In this document: piece by piece, positions 14,704 to 27,619 of the stretch
Layout: each line of letters begins with the position of its first letter
Numbering within the stretch: the first letter of the stretch is position 1
NCBI GenBank assembly: GCA_028826165.1
Contig: JAPDFW010000104.1
Coordinates: 62,001 to 126,000 of the forward strand
DNA: 64,000 nt
Direction: 5' to 3'
Source of the DNA: Anaeramoeba ignava BMAN
Taxonomy: Eukaryota > Protista > Anaeramoebae
Notes under the pieces: generated by a model
Seen by the model: the letters and a program-made list of their open reading frames with translations, nothing else
What the model was told of the DNA's origin: nothing
Database searches by the model: none
Program-made: the position numbers and the translations under genes

Positions 14704-15725
14704 ATGGAAGTTGAAGAAGTATTTTATCCAAAAGAAGTATTATTTAAAACATCAACAGGAACAATATTATCAAAAGAATCAAAATTATATGGAGCACAAT
14801 TTATTAATGCAGCAGGAAGTTGTATAGTAAAAAAAGGAGCAATTTTAAGAGGAGATTTAGCACAAATTAAATTGGGAAATTTTTGTATTATTGATGAAAA
14901 TGTTGTTATTCATCCTCCTTTTGCAAAATCTAAATCAGGTCTTACTTATTATTCTGTTTCTTTTGGTAATTTTGTTTGGATTCAAGAAAATTCTGTTATT
15001 TCTGCTGCTCAAATTGGTTCTTTTGTTTCTATTGGAAAAAATTGTGTTATTGTAGCTTATTTATTTTACAATTTAATTTACAATTTAATTTACAATTTAT
15101 ATTAAAATTCATTTATAAAATTAAAATTAAAATTAAAATTAAAATTAAAATTAAAATTAAAATTCATTTAAAAATTAAAATTAAAATTAAAATTCATTTA
15201 TAAAATTAAAATTAAAATTAAAATTAAAATTAAAATTAAAATTAAAATTAAAATTTAAATTTAAAATTAAAATTAAAATTAAAATCAAAAATTAAAATTA
15301 AAATTAAAATTAAAATTAAAATTAAAAATTAAAAATTAAAATTAAAATTAATATTAAAATTAAAATTAAAATTAAAATTAAAATTAAAATTAAAATTAAA
15401 ATTAAAATTAAAATTAAAATTAAAATTAAAATTAAAATTAAAATTAAAATTAATATTAAAATTAAAATTAAAATTAAAATTAAAATTAAAATTAAAATTC
15501 ATTTATAAAATTAAAATTAATATTAAAAAGGGAAGAGGAGCTATTTTAAGTGATTGTTGTCAAATATTAGATAATACTATTATTCCTCCAAATACAGTTA
15601 TATCTCCATTTGAAATATATTCAGGTATTCCTGGAAAAAGTATTGATGAAGATCTTCCTGAATCAACTCAACAAATTATGACAAATTTAATTTTAGATTT
15701 ATATAATAATTTTAAACAAGATTAA
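14704..15725 (+). CDS. DCTN5: Dynactin subunit 5 (p25), left-handed beta-helix
   Basis: Exon 1 14704-15051 (GAILRGDLA..IHPP..SAAQIGSFVSIGKNCVI). Intron 15052-15530. Exon 2 GRGAILSDCCQILDNTIIPPNTVISPFEIYSGIPG..LPESTQ..*. Confidence 0.93.
15110..15525 (+). repeat. (AAAATT)n microsatellite filling the DCTN5 intron
   Basis: Directly visible hexamer array. Confidence 0.9.
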
Positions 15726-15807
15726 AAAGAAAAAGAAGAAGAAAAAAATTTTTGGAATTTTGTTTTTCTTTCTTCATTTTTTCTTTCTTTTTAATTACAA
15801 ATTTAAA

Positions 15808-17233
15808 ATGATAAAAGAAAACTTATTAATTATTTTTTTTAATTTAATTTTATTAATTAATTTTTTCTTTTTAAAATCAAGTAAAAATAAAAATTAAATT
15901 AAATTTTTTTCTGATCAAATTGATCAAAAATTAATTTTCTTTTTAAATTTAAATTTTTTATTAGATTGTTTACAAATTCTTCCAAAACCAAATATTATAA
16001 TTGATTCATCAACTCATTATCAATCAAATATTTATATTGATTATGTTTTAATTCAAATTCAAATTGAAAATAATTATTCAAATTTAAATTTAAATTCAAT
16101 TCATTTTACAAATTCTTCAATTCACAATAAAATTCCTTCATTTTATAATCAAGAAATTGAAAATAATTCAATTTTAAACATATCAAATCCAATAAATACT
16201 CAAATTTATTTTTCATTTAGAACTTTTTCAAATGATTCAAATTTTATTCCAAGTGATTTTATATCAAAAAATTTTATTATCAAAAAAAAAGTGGATCAAA
16301 TAACTTATAATTTTACTCAATTATCTAATGGACTTAAAATAATTTTGGACTGCAAAACATTGAATACAAATATTATGTTTCTATTGAATTATAATAATTC
16401 AACTGATTTAAATTTTAAATTATTTGAAAATGATATATTTTTGGATCAATCAGCAAATTTAACTTTTTATGGTTCACATATTGATATGATTGATTCTGAT
16501 ATTGTAGAATTGCAAATAAAAGTTAGAATAAAAGTGTATACACCAACATCTTCTAATCCAAGTGGTTTCTATCAAGAAAAATTGTTATTGAATTTTTCAA
16601 CAAAAATTGAAAATTCTTTGATTCGTTATTCTTTTAACAAAGAAATGAATCAATCAATCCCTTTTGATCCAGATAATCCTCCTTTAATTGAATGTGTAAA
16701 TGGTATTATGACAAATTATTCAGTCTTTGTTCAAGGTTTTAAAGGTGATCCAAATCCAGAAAGTGAACAAATTTGTTGTAATTCAAGTGAAGTTGTTGAA
16801 TTTTTTTATGTTATTTTACCAACTCTTTCACCACTTTTTACAGTTCCTGATCAAAAAAAATATTCAGGAATTGCTGTTATATCGCTTTATTCTGCAGTTG
16901 ATAATTCTAATATTTTTTATTCATTGGATAATTCAAGTTTTGAAAAATATCAAAAATCAATTAAAATTGAAAATAATCAATTAAATTCAATTCAAATTTC
17001 TATTTTTTTTTATGCAGAAAAAACTGGTTATTTTACTACAAATATTTACCAATATTCTTTTCCAAATTGATTCTATTCCGAAAATTGAAAATTTAAATGA
17101 AAAAAATGGAAAAGAAAAAATGAAAAAATTTTATATTATAATTGGATTGATTTCATTTATACTAATAATAATTAATGGTTTTATTTTAAATTTAATTAAA
17201 TTCCTTAAAGAAATAAAAGAAATAAAGAAATAA
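15808..17233 (+). CDS. Predicted type I surface protein (signal peptide, FN3-associated/chitobiase-C-like module, C-terminal TM)
   Basis: ATG at 15808 followed by a hydrophobic leader. Intron 15881-15964 in frame with ORF 16291-17070. Motif PLFTVP..YSG..ISL..SNIFYSLD..YAEKTGY. A one-base shift near 17060 would join the TM segment FYIIIGLISFILIII. Confidence 0.6.
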
Positions 17234-17272
17234 AACAAAAATAACAAACTATTTTCTTTTTAAAAATCAAAA

Positions 17273-17704
17273 TTAAATCAAAAAAAATTTTAAAATTAAT
17301 TTTAAATTCATTTGATTCAGATTCACTATAAGTTTTTCATCATCATCAGAACCTTGAGATTTTTTTTTAGAATCACCATCTTGTTCAAAACCATCATCAG
17401 AAAAACTTTCAAAAATAGGTTCATTAATAGATCCAACAGGAACAAAATATTTTTCTTTCTTTTTTTTAACAACAACATAAGCAATCCAAAATAAAATTAA
17501 TAAAATTACAACACCAAGTATTGTTCCAAGAAGTGCTTTTCCACTTAGAGCTGTTGTTTTAGATGTAGATGAAGAAGGTGAAGGTGATATTGAAGGTGAA
17601 GGTGATATTGAAGGTGTTGGTGTTGGTGTTTCTTTTATTTCTTTACAATTTATTGTTATTATTATTAAGATTAAAAAAATTAAATTTAAAATTTTAATTT
17701 TCAT
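17273..17704 (-). CDS. Small single-pass membrane protein with a short Pro/Ser/Thr (mucin-like) ectodomain
   Basis: Signal peptide, [15 protein letters not shown] segment, KKKK stop-transfer, acidic tail. Paralog of 19240-20923. Confidence 0.75.
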   Translation of the reverse strand: MKIKILNLIFLILIIITINCKEIKETPTPTPSISPSPSISPSPSSSTSKTTALSGKALLGTILGVVILLILFWIAYVVVKKKKEKYFVPVGSINEPIFESFSDDGFEQDGDSKKKSQGSDDDEKLIVNLNQMNLKLILKFFLI

Positions 17705-17824
17705 TTAATAAAAAAATGAAAAAAATGAAAAAAATGAAAAATGAAAAATGAAAAATGAAAAATTAAATTATAATTTTCTTAATTCAATCCAAAATATTAT
17801 TTTCCCTAATTCTACTTTTTTTTT

Positions 17825-18109
17825 TCATTTCAAATTTTCATTTTCTTCTTCTTTTTCTTTTTTTCTTTTAATAATTATATATCCAATAAAACATAAAATT
17901 ATTAAAGATATTGTTCCTATTACTGTTCCAATAATAGTTTTTTCACTTATAAGTTCTTTTGAAGAATTTGTTGGAGAAATTGATGGAAGAATTGATGGTG
18001 AAATTGTTGGTGTAATTGTTGGATATTTTTTTTTAATTTTACTTTCAAATTCATTACAAATGGAAAATAAAATTATTAATAAACATAAAATTAAATTTAA
18101 TATAAACAT
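17825..18109 (-). CDS. Small single-pass membrane protein, divergent member of the same family
   Basis: Signal peptide, PTITPTISPSILPSISPT, TM IIGTVIGTISLIILCFIGYIII, basic stop-transfer. Confidence 0.7.
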   Translation of the reverse strand: MFILNLILCLLIILFSICNEFESKIKKKYPTITPTISPSILPSISPTNSSKELISEKTIIGTVIGTISLIILCFIGYIIIKRKKEKEEENENLK

Positions 18110-19100
18110 TTTTTATAAATAAAAATAAGGAAAAAAATGAAAAAAATAAATTAGAAATTAAATATTTTTTAAATAAAAAAAAGTGGAATAAAAAATATTT
18201 TAATTAAATTTAATAAAAAATTGAAAATAAAAATATTAATAAATATATAAATAAATTTAATATAAATATTTTTAGGAATAAATTATTAAGGAGAAAAATG
18301 AAAAAAATAAATTAAAAATTAAATATTTTTTTAATAAATAAAAAGTGGAATAAAAAATATTTTAATTAAATTAAATAAAAAATTGAAAATAAAATTATTA
18401 ATAAATATATAATTAAATTTAATATAAATATTTTTTATAAATAAAAATAAGGAAAAAAATGAAAAAAATAAATTAAAAATTAAATATTTTTTAAATAAAT
18501 AAAAAGTGGAATAAAAATATTTTAATTAAATTAAATAAAAATTTGAAAATAGAATTATTAATAAATATATAATTAAATTTAATATAAACATTTTCTAGAA
18601 ATAAATTATTTAAGAAAAATGAAAAATAAATTTGAAATTAAATATTTTTAAATAAATAAAAAGTGGAATAAAAATATTTTAATTAAATTAAATAAAAATT
18701 GAAAATAGAATTATTAATAAATATATAATTAAATTTAATATAAACATTTTTATAAATAAATTATTTAGGAGAAAATGAAAAAATAAATTTGAAATTAAAT
18801 ATTTTTAAATAAATAAAAAGTGGAATAAAAATATTTTAATTAAATTAAATAAAAATTGAAAATAGAATTATTAATAAATATATAAATAAATTTAATATAA
18901 ATATTTTTTAGAAATAAATTATTTAAGAGAAATTGAAAAAAATAAATTTAAAATTAAATATTTTTTAAATAAATAAAAAGTGGAATAAAAAATATTTTAA
19001 TTAAATTAAATAAAAAATTGAAAATAAAATTATTAATAAATATATAAATAAATTTAATATAAATATTTTTTAGAAATAAATTATTTAAGAGAAATTGAAA
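18075..19100. repeat. ~160-bp AT satellite, about 6 copies
   Basis: GTGGAATA anchor at 18183, 18345, 18506, 18663, 18820 and 18980. Confidence 0.9.
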
Positions 19101-19239
19101 AAATTTTATATTATAATTGGATTGATTTCATTTATAATAATAATTAATGATTTTATTTTAAATTTAATTAAATTCTTTTAAAGAAATAAAGAAATAAAGA
19201 ACAAAAAATAACAAATTATGCTTCTTTTTTTGAAAAAAT

Positions 19240-20923
19240 TTAAAAATTTGAAAATCGATTTTTAAATTCACTTGATTCAGATCCACTATAATTTCTTTCA
19301 TTTTCATTATCATTATTAATATCATCATATTTTTTTTTAGAATCACTATCTTGTTCAAAACCATCATCAGAAAAACTTTCAAAAAGTGTTTCATTAATAG
19401 TTCCAATAGGAACAAAATATCTTGCTTTTTTTCTTTTAATCAAAATAAAAATCCAAAATAAAATTAATAAAATTACAACACCAAGTATTGTTCCAACAAT
19501 TACTTTTCCACTTAATGCTGCTGTTTTAGATGTAGATGAAGAAGGTGAAGGTGATATTGAAGGTGTTGGTGTAGGTGTAGGTGTAGGTGTTGGTGAATTA
19601 GAAGGTGTTGGTGTTGGTGTAGGTGTAGGTGTATATGAAGGTTTAGGTGAATTAGAAGGTGTAGGTGTTGGTGTAGGTGTAGGTGAATTAGAAGGTGTTG
19701 GTGTAGGTGTAGGTGAATTAGATGGTGAATTAGAAGGTATAGGTGTAGGTGAACTAGAAGGTGAATTAGTAGGTGTTGTAGGTGTAGGTGTAGGTGAATA
19801 TGAAGGTTTAGGTGAACGCGCTAGAAGAAAACAGGTATATGCGCGTTTAAAGATATATATATGGTAGGTGAAAGATGGAATGAATATGAAGAAGGTGAAC
19901 CAAAGCAGGAACTAGGTGAAAGGCGAAAAATGAACCAGAAAATGCGAAATTAGTGTTCGCGCAGGTATGAAAAGGCGCATGCACGAAAAATTTAGGTCTC
20001 GGCGAAATAGAGTGGCGAAAATTGGCGTTGAAAATGAAAATTAGATGAAAAGGAAAGCCAGAGATAGAACCAAAGGCGTTGGCATTTAAGGAGAAGTGTA
20101 GAAGGTGAAGGAACCATGCGAAAATTCGGCAGGAACGGCGAAGGAAAAGGCGCAGGCGCATGAAATAGAAAATATTGTGACCAAAGGCGAATTAGAAAAG
20201 AAACGTATATGAAAAAGGTTATTAGGTGAAATTGAATATGATGAAAACCAGAGGTTAGAATAGGAATAGAGGCGTAAATTTGCGAATTGTGAAATGGAGA
20301 GAAAACGGAAAATTGAATGGAGGCGTAGATGAAACCAGTGTTGAATGCGAACCAGTTGGTATTGAAAGAGTTTAGCAGAAGCGCGCAGGAATTAGTGGAA
20401 TGGCAGGCGAAAGGGAAGTAGGCGAAATAGAAGTGCGTAGGTGAAATAAAAGGTGTTGAATTTAAGAAAATTGGTGAAAATGGTGTCGAATGATATATGA
20501 AAAAAAGTATATATGAAAGGTTTTAGTAGAAATTGAAGGCGAAGAATGAAAGAGTGTTATTGAAGTATGAAATTGTATATGAAGTTTAGGTGTTAGAAGT
20601 GTGTAAGGTGAATTAGAAATGAAAATGTAGAAAGTGTATATGTGAAGGTGAATGAAGGCAGAAAAGTAGAATTAGAAAGTTGGCGTTGTTGGTGTTGGTG
20701 TGGTGCAGGCGCAAGCAGGTGCGATGAAAGGAAAAGAAATTGGTGAATTAGAAGTGACGGCGAATCAGTAGATGGTGAATTAGAAGGTGTAGGTAAAAGT
20801 GTAGGTGAATAGAAGAAGGTAAATAGTAAAAAATGGTGTTGATTCTTTACAAGTTATTGATTTTGATATTGTTATTGATATTATTAAGATTAAAAAAATT
20901 AAATTTAAAATTTTAATTTCCAT
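19240..20923 (-). CDS. Long mucin-like (PT/PS repeat) single-pass membrane protein; central part unreadable
   Basis: ATG at 20923 ([15 protein letters not shown]) and the TM/tail closely match 17273-17704. Clean TPTPSNSP repeats at 19560-19815. 19816-20770 is garbled with no continuous frame. Confidence 0.6.
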
Positions 20924-20999
20924 TTATCAAAAGAAAATAAAAATGAAAGAGGAAAAATAAAGGAAAAGAAATGAAAAAGGAAAAATGAAAAGGAAAAAA

Positions 21000-22625
21000 A
21001 TGAAAAAAATAAATTGGAAATTAAATATTTTTTAAATAAATAAAAAGTGGAATAAAAAATATTTTAATTAAATTAAATAAAAAATTGAAAATAGAATTAT
21101 TAATAAATATATAAATAAATTTAATATAAATATTTTTTAGAAATAAATTATTTAGGAGAAATTGAAAAAAAATAAATTAAAAATTAAATATTTTTTAAAT
21201 AAATAAAAAGTGGAATAAAAAATATTTTAATTAAATTAAATAAAAAATTGGAAAATAAAATTATTAATAAATATATAAATAAATTTAATATAAACATTTT
21301 TTATAAATAAATTATTTAAGATAAATTGAAAAATAAATTAAAAATTAAATATTTTTAAATAAATAAAAAGTGGAATAAAAATATTTTAATTAAATTAAAA
21401 TAAAAAATTGAAAATAGAATTGATAATAAATATATAAATAAATTTAATATAAATATTTTTATAAATAAATTATTTAGGAGAAATTGAAAAATAAATTTGA
21501 AATTAAATATTTTTAAATAAATAAAAAGTGGAATAAAAATATTTTAATTAAATTAAATAAAAATTGAAAAAATAAAATTATTAATAAATATATAATTAAA
21601 TTTAATATAAACATTTTTATAAATAAATTATTTAGGAGAAAATTGAAAAAAAATAAATTGGAAATTAAATATTTTTAAATAAATAAAAAGTGGAATAAAA
21701 ATATTTTAATTAAATTAAATAAAAATTGAAAATAGAATTATTAATAAATATATAAATAAATTTAATATAAATATTTTTTATAAATAAATTATTTAAGATA
21801 AATTGAAAAAAAATAAATTGGAAATTAAATATTTTTTAAATAAATAAAAAGTGGAATAAAAAATATTTTAATTAAATTAAATAAAAATTGAAAATAGAAT
21901 TATTAATAAATATATAAATAAATTTAATATAAATAAAGTAAATAAAAATAAGGAAAAAATGAAAAAAATAAATTAAAAATTAAATATTTTTAAATAAATA
22001 AAAAGTGAAATAAAAATATTTTTATTAAATTAAAAATAAAAATTGAAAATTATTAATAAATATAAAATTAAATTTAATATAAACATTTTTAGGAATAAAA
22101 AAAAAGGAAAAATGAAAAATAAATTGGAAATTAAATATTTTTAAATAAATAAAAAGTGGAATAAAAATATTTTAATTAAATTAAATAAAAATTGAAAATA
22201 AAATTATTAATAAATATAAAATTAAATTTAATATAAATATTTTTAGAAATAAATTATTTAAGATAAATTGAAAAAAATAAATTTAAAAATTAAATATTTT
22301 TTTAAATAAAAAGTGGAATAAAAATATTTTAATTAAATTAAATAAAAATTGAAAATAAAAATTATTAATAAATATATAATTAAATTTAATATAAACATTT
22401 TTATAAATAAATTATTTAAGGAGAAATTGAAAAAAATAAATTAAAAATTAAATATTTTTAAATAAATAAAAAGTGGAATAAAAAATATTTTAATTAAATT
22501 AAATAAAAAATTGGAAATAAAATTATTAATAAATATATAATTAAATTTAATATAAACATTTTTTAGAAATAAATTATTTAAGATAAATTGAAAAAAATAA
22601 ATTAAAAATTAAATATTTTTTGGAA
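21000..22625. repeat. Second array of the same ~160-bp satellite, about 10 copies
   Basis: Anchor at 21047, 21210, 21370, 21528, 21690, 21851, 22005, 22156, 22313 and 22473. Confidence 0.9.
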
Positions 22626-22823
22626 TAAAAAAATAATTGTTTATTTTTATAATTTAAAATAAATTTTTAAATTGAATAATTGTTTAATTTAAATTGATTT
22701 AATTATTAAATTTTTAATAAGAAAAAAAAAATAAATCAATATAAAAAGAAAAAAAAATTTTTTATTTTTTATTTTAATTTTTCATTTTTCTCTTTTAAAA
22801 AATAAAAAATAAAAAATAAAAAA

Positions 22824-25800
22824 ATGACACAAAAACAATCCCAAAAAAATTCAAATAATATCTTTAATATTTTAGGAATTAAAATTAAAGAAAATGGAAT
22901 TCAAATAAAAAATGAAACACAATTTACAAATACGTTAAAAACAAAATTAAATCAAACAAAAAATTTTATAAATGAAATTATTGAAAAAATAGAAGAAATA
23001 ATTTCAAAAAGAAAAACTTTCCAAAAAATACTTCTTCCAGTTATAACAACTGAAACAAATATAAATCATTTTGCAATTACTCAACAAAGTATTTTAAGGA
23101 TAATGCTTCAATTAAATGAATTACAAATTCCTTTAACAGAACTTTTATTTTCTCAACTTGAATATATTTATGAAGAAATGGAAAAAAAAGAAGCTTCAGT
23201 TTTTTTTGATTTAATAATTAACCAATTTGTTTGGCTTCCTCAAATATTTAATCCTCAAAAATATTCCCAATTAATTTTTGATAAAATCTCAAATTTTCCT
23301 CTTGATATTCAAAAAATTGTTATTAATAATCTTCCTAAAATTATTGAAGATTCTCAACATTTTGTTGCTGAACAAAGACTTGATAATTTAATGACTAAAA
23401 ACCCTCAAGTTGGTGTTTCAGTGTTTCAAGCTTTATCCAATTTTAATCTTTCAGAAGAAGTTGTTGAGAACTGGAAATCAAGAGCTGTTATGCTTATTGA
23501 TTCAATGGATATTTCAGAACTCCCTATTGTTATTCATTTTTTATTACATTCTTCAAGTGGTTTAAAAGATGCTAATTTTGAAAAATTATTAATGGATTTG
23601 ATTAACAAAATTGATGCAAAATTAACTTTAATCACATCAACTAAAAATATCCAAAATTTAGAAAAGAAAAATATTATCCAAGATAATAAAATTTCTAAAA
23701 ATATTAAGGAAATTCTTGAACAAGTTAGAATTGGAGCTAGAAGCAATAAAAAACTTTCAGATCTTTTCTTAAAATCTATCAAAAACATCAAATCTTCAGA
23801 AAAACTCAATATTATTCACATTTGGTTATTAATCATAATTTCAGAACTTAGAATTGATAAAAAACAAGAAGTTATCAGAATTATCAAAAATTTAATCAAG
23901 AAGAAAATTATCAATTCAGAAAAACTTCAAGAAATGTTTATTAAAATTAATTGCACATTAATAGATGATTTCACAAGTATAATCTCTTTAGCAGAATTAT
24001 TTCTTAGAAACCAAATTGATATTATTGCCAAATTTGCTCAACAACTTTATTTTCTTTGCTTTTCATTTTTTGATGATTATTTTCTTAAACAAGAAGTTGT
24101 TTCATCAATTTTAACTCACATTTCATCTCAAGTTGAAAAAGAAGTTGATCATGCAATTAATACATTAGTTGAAATTTCAATTTCTTTACCAGATGAACTT
24201 GCTAAATTTTCACTTCTTATTCAAGCAATTTTCCTTCCGTTATCAGAAATGAATCAAAATCAAATTCGTAAAACATTTCAAGTATTAGGTATTTTAACAT
24301 CTTCAAAAAATGTTGATAAAAGTTTACAAGATGAAATCCAAATGGTTCTTCGTAAAAAAGTTAATAGTCCAAAACTTGAAGATAAATTAAATGGAATATT
24401 ATGTGGATGTTCTCTTCTTGAACAACTTTCAAAAGAAATTATATTAGATAATAACAATAATAATCATCACAGTTTAAATAGTCAATTATTTTCATCTCCA
24501 AAAAATCAAATTAATTCAACATTTGATATTATTATTAATGCACCAAGATTAGAAAAACTTATTCAATCTTTTTTATTTGATGAAATTTCCTTTTTATTCA
24601 AAAACAAAAAAATTAATATTCTTCACAATAATGATAATTCAAACGAAAGAAATGAAAAAGATATTTATTCAAATATCATTTCTTTAATCAATCAAGAATT
24701 TTCCAATATTCTAGTTTCAGAATCTAAGTTGAATAAAATGTGTAAAAAATATTCAGAATCAGAATCAAATCTTTTAAAAGATTACAGTTTATGGGATTCA
24801 AATGAATTTACAAAAGAAAAAAAAACAAAATTAATTTATCCAATCCTATTTAATTTAACAACAGGAGATAAACAAAAACAAATTGAATTATTTACTATTC
24901 CTTCTTTAATTAGAATTTATAATTCTTTATTTTATTCAGAAAATGAAAAATCATTTATTGCAGAAAAATTGGAAAATTTAACAATACAACTTCCTTCAGA
25001 AAATATTATAAACACTTTTTATAATTTAAAAAATGGAGAAAAAACAATAGTTTGTATTTCACTTTTCCATGCAATTAATTTATTTAGAGAAATTATTAAT
25101 ATTTACTCAAGTGAAAATGTTTCCACAAATATTTATTTAGTTAAAAACATTCGATTTCAACTTGGAAAAGTTTTGAAATTACAATCATTTTTAAAAAGAT
25201 GTTTAGAACAATATTTAGGATTTGAATTACAATTATTTTATGATTTTACAAATTTAAATTTAAATAATACTCAATCAAATGAAAGTCAAGATTCTAAGAA
25301 AGATTCCAAGAAAGATTCCAAGAAAAATCCAACACCAAAAATGATTAATGTAATTTCTCAATATTATAGAGAAATCACTCCACAAGCTTTATTTGTTATG
25401 AAACATTCATCCTCAAATCAAAGAAAATCCAAAAAATAATGATTTAAATATTGAAGAATTAGAATTTTTATTAAATGATTTACAAAACAAAACCAAAATA
25501 ATTTTCCCTCCAAAATTAATGTTTTTTATGAAAAAACCAGATTATTTAAAAGGAAATGATCAACTTTCAATTTATCAAAAAAATTCATTTTCTTTTATGG
25601 AAAGAATCCCAAAACAAGAAATTATCAAAATTATAATTGAAAGTATGCCAAGTGTTTATATTCATCTTCAAGATTTATTAAGTAAAAGTTATGAAATTTT
25701 CAAATCAAATGAAGAAAATGAAGAAAATGATTCAACAGAAATTGAAAAATTTAAAAAATATCAAAGTTGTGCAACAACAATTCTTCAAATTTCAACAAAT

Positions 25801-27554
25801 ATTTTAAAAAGTGGGAATTTAAGTAAAGAAGAAAGAGATTTTTTAATTTTTGAATTTTATTATTCAATTGCATTTGGTAAAAATATTAATGATCCAGAAT
25901 ATTTACAAACAAAACAAAGAATTCGAGATTCATTAAGAAAATCTAATTTAAATTTAAATTTAAATTTAAATGAAAATACAAATGAAAATACAAATGAAAA
26001 TACAAATGAAAATGAAAATGAAAATGAAAATGAAAATGAAAAATGAAAATACAAATGAAATGAATATAAATTTAAATGAAAATATTCCATTAGATATTTC
26101 ATTTTTTAAATCAGAAAAATTCTTTTCTCTTATTCAAACATTTTCAATTTCTTCAAATTTTGCAGATTTATTATTTACTATCACTCATTTATACAAAAAT
26201 AACAAAGAAATTTCAAAAGAAATTAGTCAAATCATTTTTAAATTTATTGAAAAAAATTGGGATGAAGCTAAATCAGGATTTAAATCAACAATACGTTCTA
26301 TTCAACTTGGGAAAATGATCAAAATAATATTTGAATTAGCAAATGAAAATATATTTGAAATTATCAATAAAATAATTGAAGAAATGGGAAAAGAACCATT
26401 TAATATTGGAACATTAAAAGCACAAACATATACAACCTATTTAAAATATATTTTGGAAGAATTAAACAAAATGATAATCAAATTAATCCCAACAAAAAAT
26501 GCAGTTTATATTATTGATAACAGACTTGAATTAATTGGAAAATGTGTTGAATATTTTACAAAAATATTAGATAATACATCAAGATTTGCTAATTTAAAAG
26601 GAGTTCATACTACTGTTTTAAAAGGAAGTAAAGCTTTTATTCAAACATTTGTATTAAAAGCAATGAGATTATTTCAACAACATTTTGTTGCACAAGAAAC
26701 CAAAATTACAGAAATTCTTAAAACATTTCAATCACAAAATATATATTTACAAAGTTTATGTGATCATCATAAAATTAAAGGAGAAAAACAAACATTAAAA
26801 ATTATTCCTCAAATTAAAAAACATTTAGATATGTTTGTTTCCAAAGTTTCTAAATTAAATTCAATGGTTGAAAGAAGATTAAAAGTTTCCAAATTAGAAC
26901 ATAAAACATTAGATGGACATATTTTAATGTCACAAATGGTTCCTACAGAATTTTATAATACTGAAGTAATTGAAAAGAAAAAAAGAAGAAAAAAAAGAAA
27001 AAAGAAGAAAAATTCACATCATAAAACAAAAAAATCAAGACATAATAAATCAAAATCAAATAAGAAAGAAAATAAGAAAGAAGATAAGAAAGAAAATAAG
27101 AAAGAAAATAAGAAAGAAAAAAAAAAGAAAATAAGAAAGAAGAAAAAGAAAAAAAGAAAATAAGAAAGAAAATAAGAAAGAAAAAGAAATGGAAATTGAA
27201 AATGAAAGTGAAAAAGAAAAAGAAAAAGAGAAAGAGAAAGAAATTGAATCTGAAAGTGATGAAGAAAGTGAAGATGAAGATGAAGATGAAGATGAAGATG
27301 AAGATGAAGATGAAGATGAAGATGAAGATGAAGAAAGTGAAGGAGATGAAATTAAAAGTAATGAAGAAACTGATGAAGATGAAGATGAAGATGAAGATGA
27401 AAGTGAACTTAATAATTTTCTTGTTAAAAGTGATGAAAGTGAAGAAGATCAAGAATATAATGATAAAAAAAGTGATGAAGATGAAGATGATGATGATGAT
27501 AATATTCTTGAAACAGATGAAGATGAAGATGAAGATGAAGATGAAAGTGATTAA
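22824..27554 (+). CDS. FANCD2: Fanconi anemia group D2 protein homolog
   Basis: LIINQFVWLPQI..PLDIQKIVINNLPKIIEDSQH, DEIQMVLRKKVNS..KLNGILCG and LQSLCDHHKI..IPQIKKHLDMFVSKV match FANCD2 blocks. Basic then acidic tail. Frameshifts in A-runs or repeats near 25435, 26042 and 27120-27185. Confidence 0.85.
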
Positions 27555-27619
27555 AAAAAATATAAAAATATTTATATTTTTTATTCTAAATCTTTATTTA
27601 AAATTGATTTGAATTGAAT

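Noticed and set aside
19847-20161. 104-aa minus-strand ORF in the GC-richer block
   Set aside because: It lies in garbled repeat-derived sequence, has no recognisable motif, and its codon usage is unlike real genes here.
18075-22625. Regular repeats resembling a CRISPR array
   Set aside because: Whole units repeat with no unique spacers, there are no cas genes, and the context is eukaryotic.
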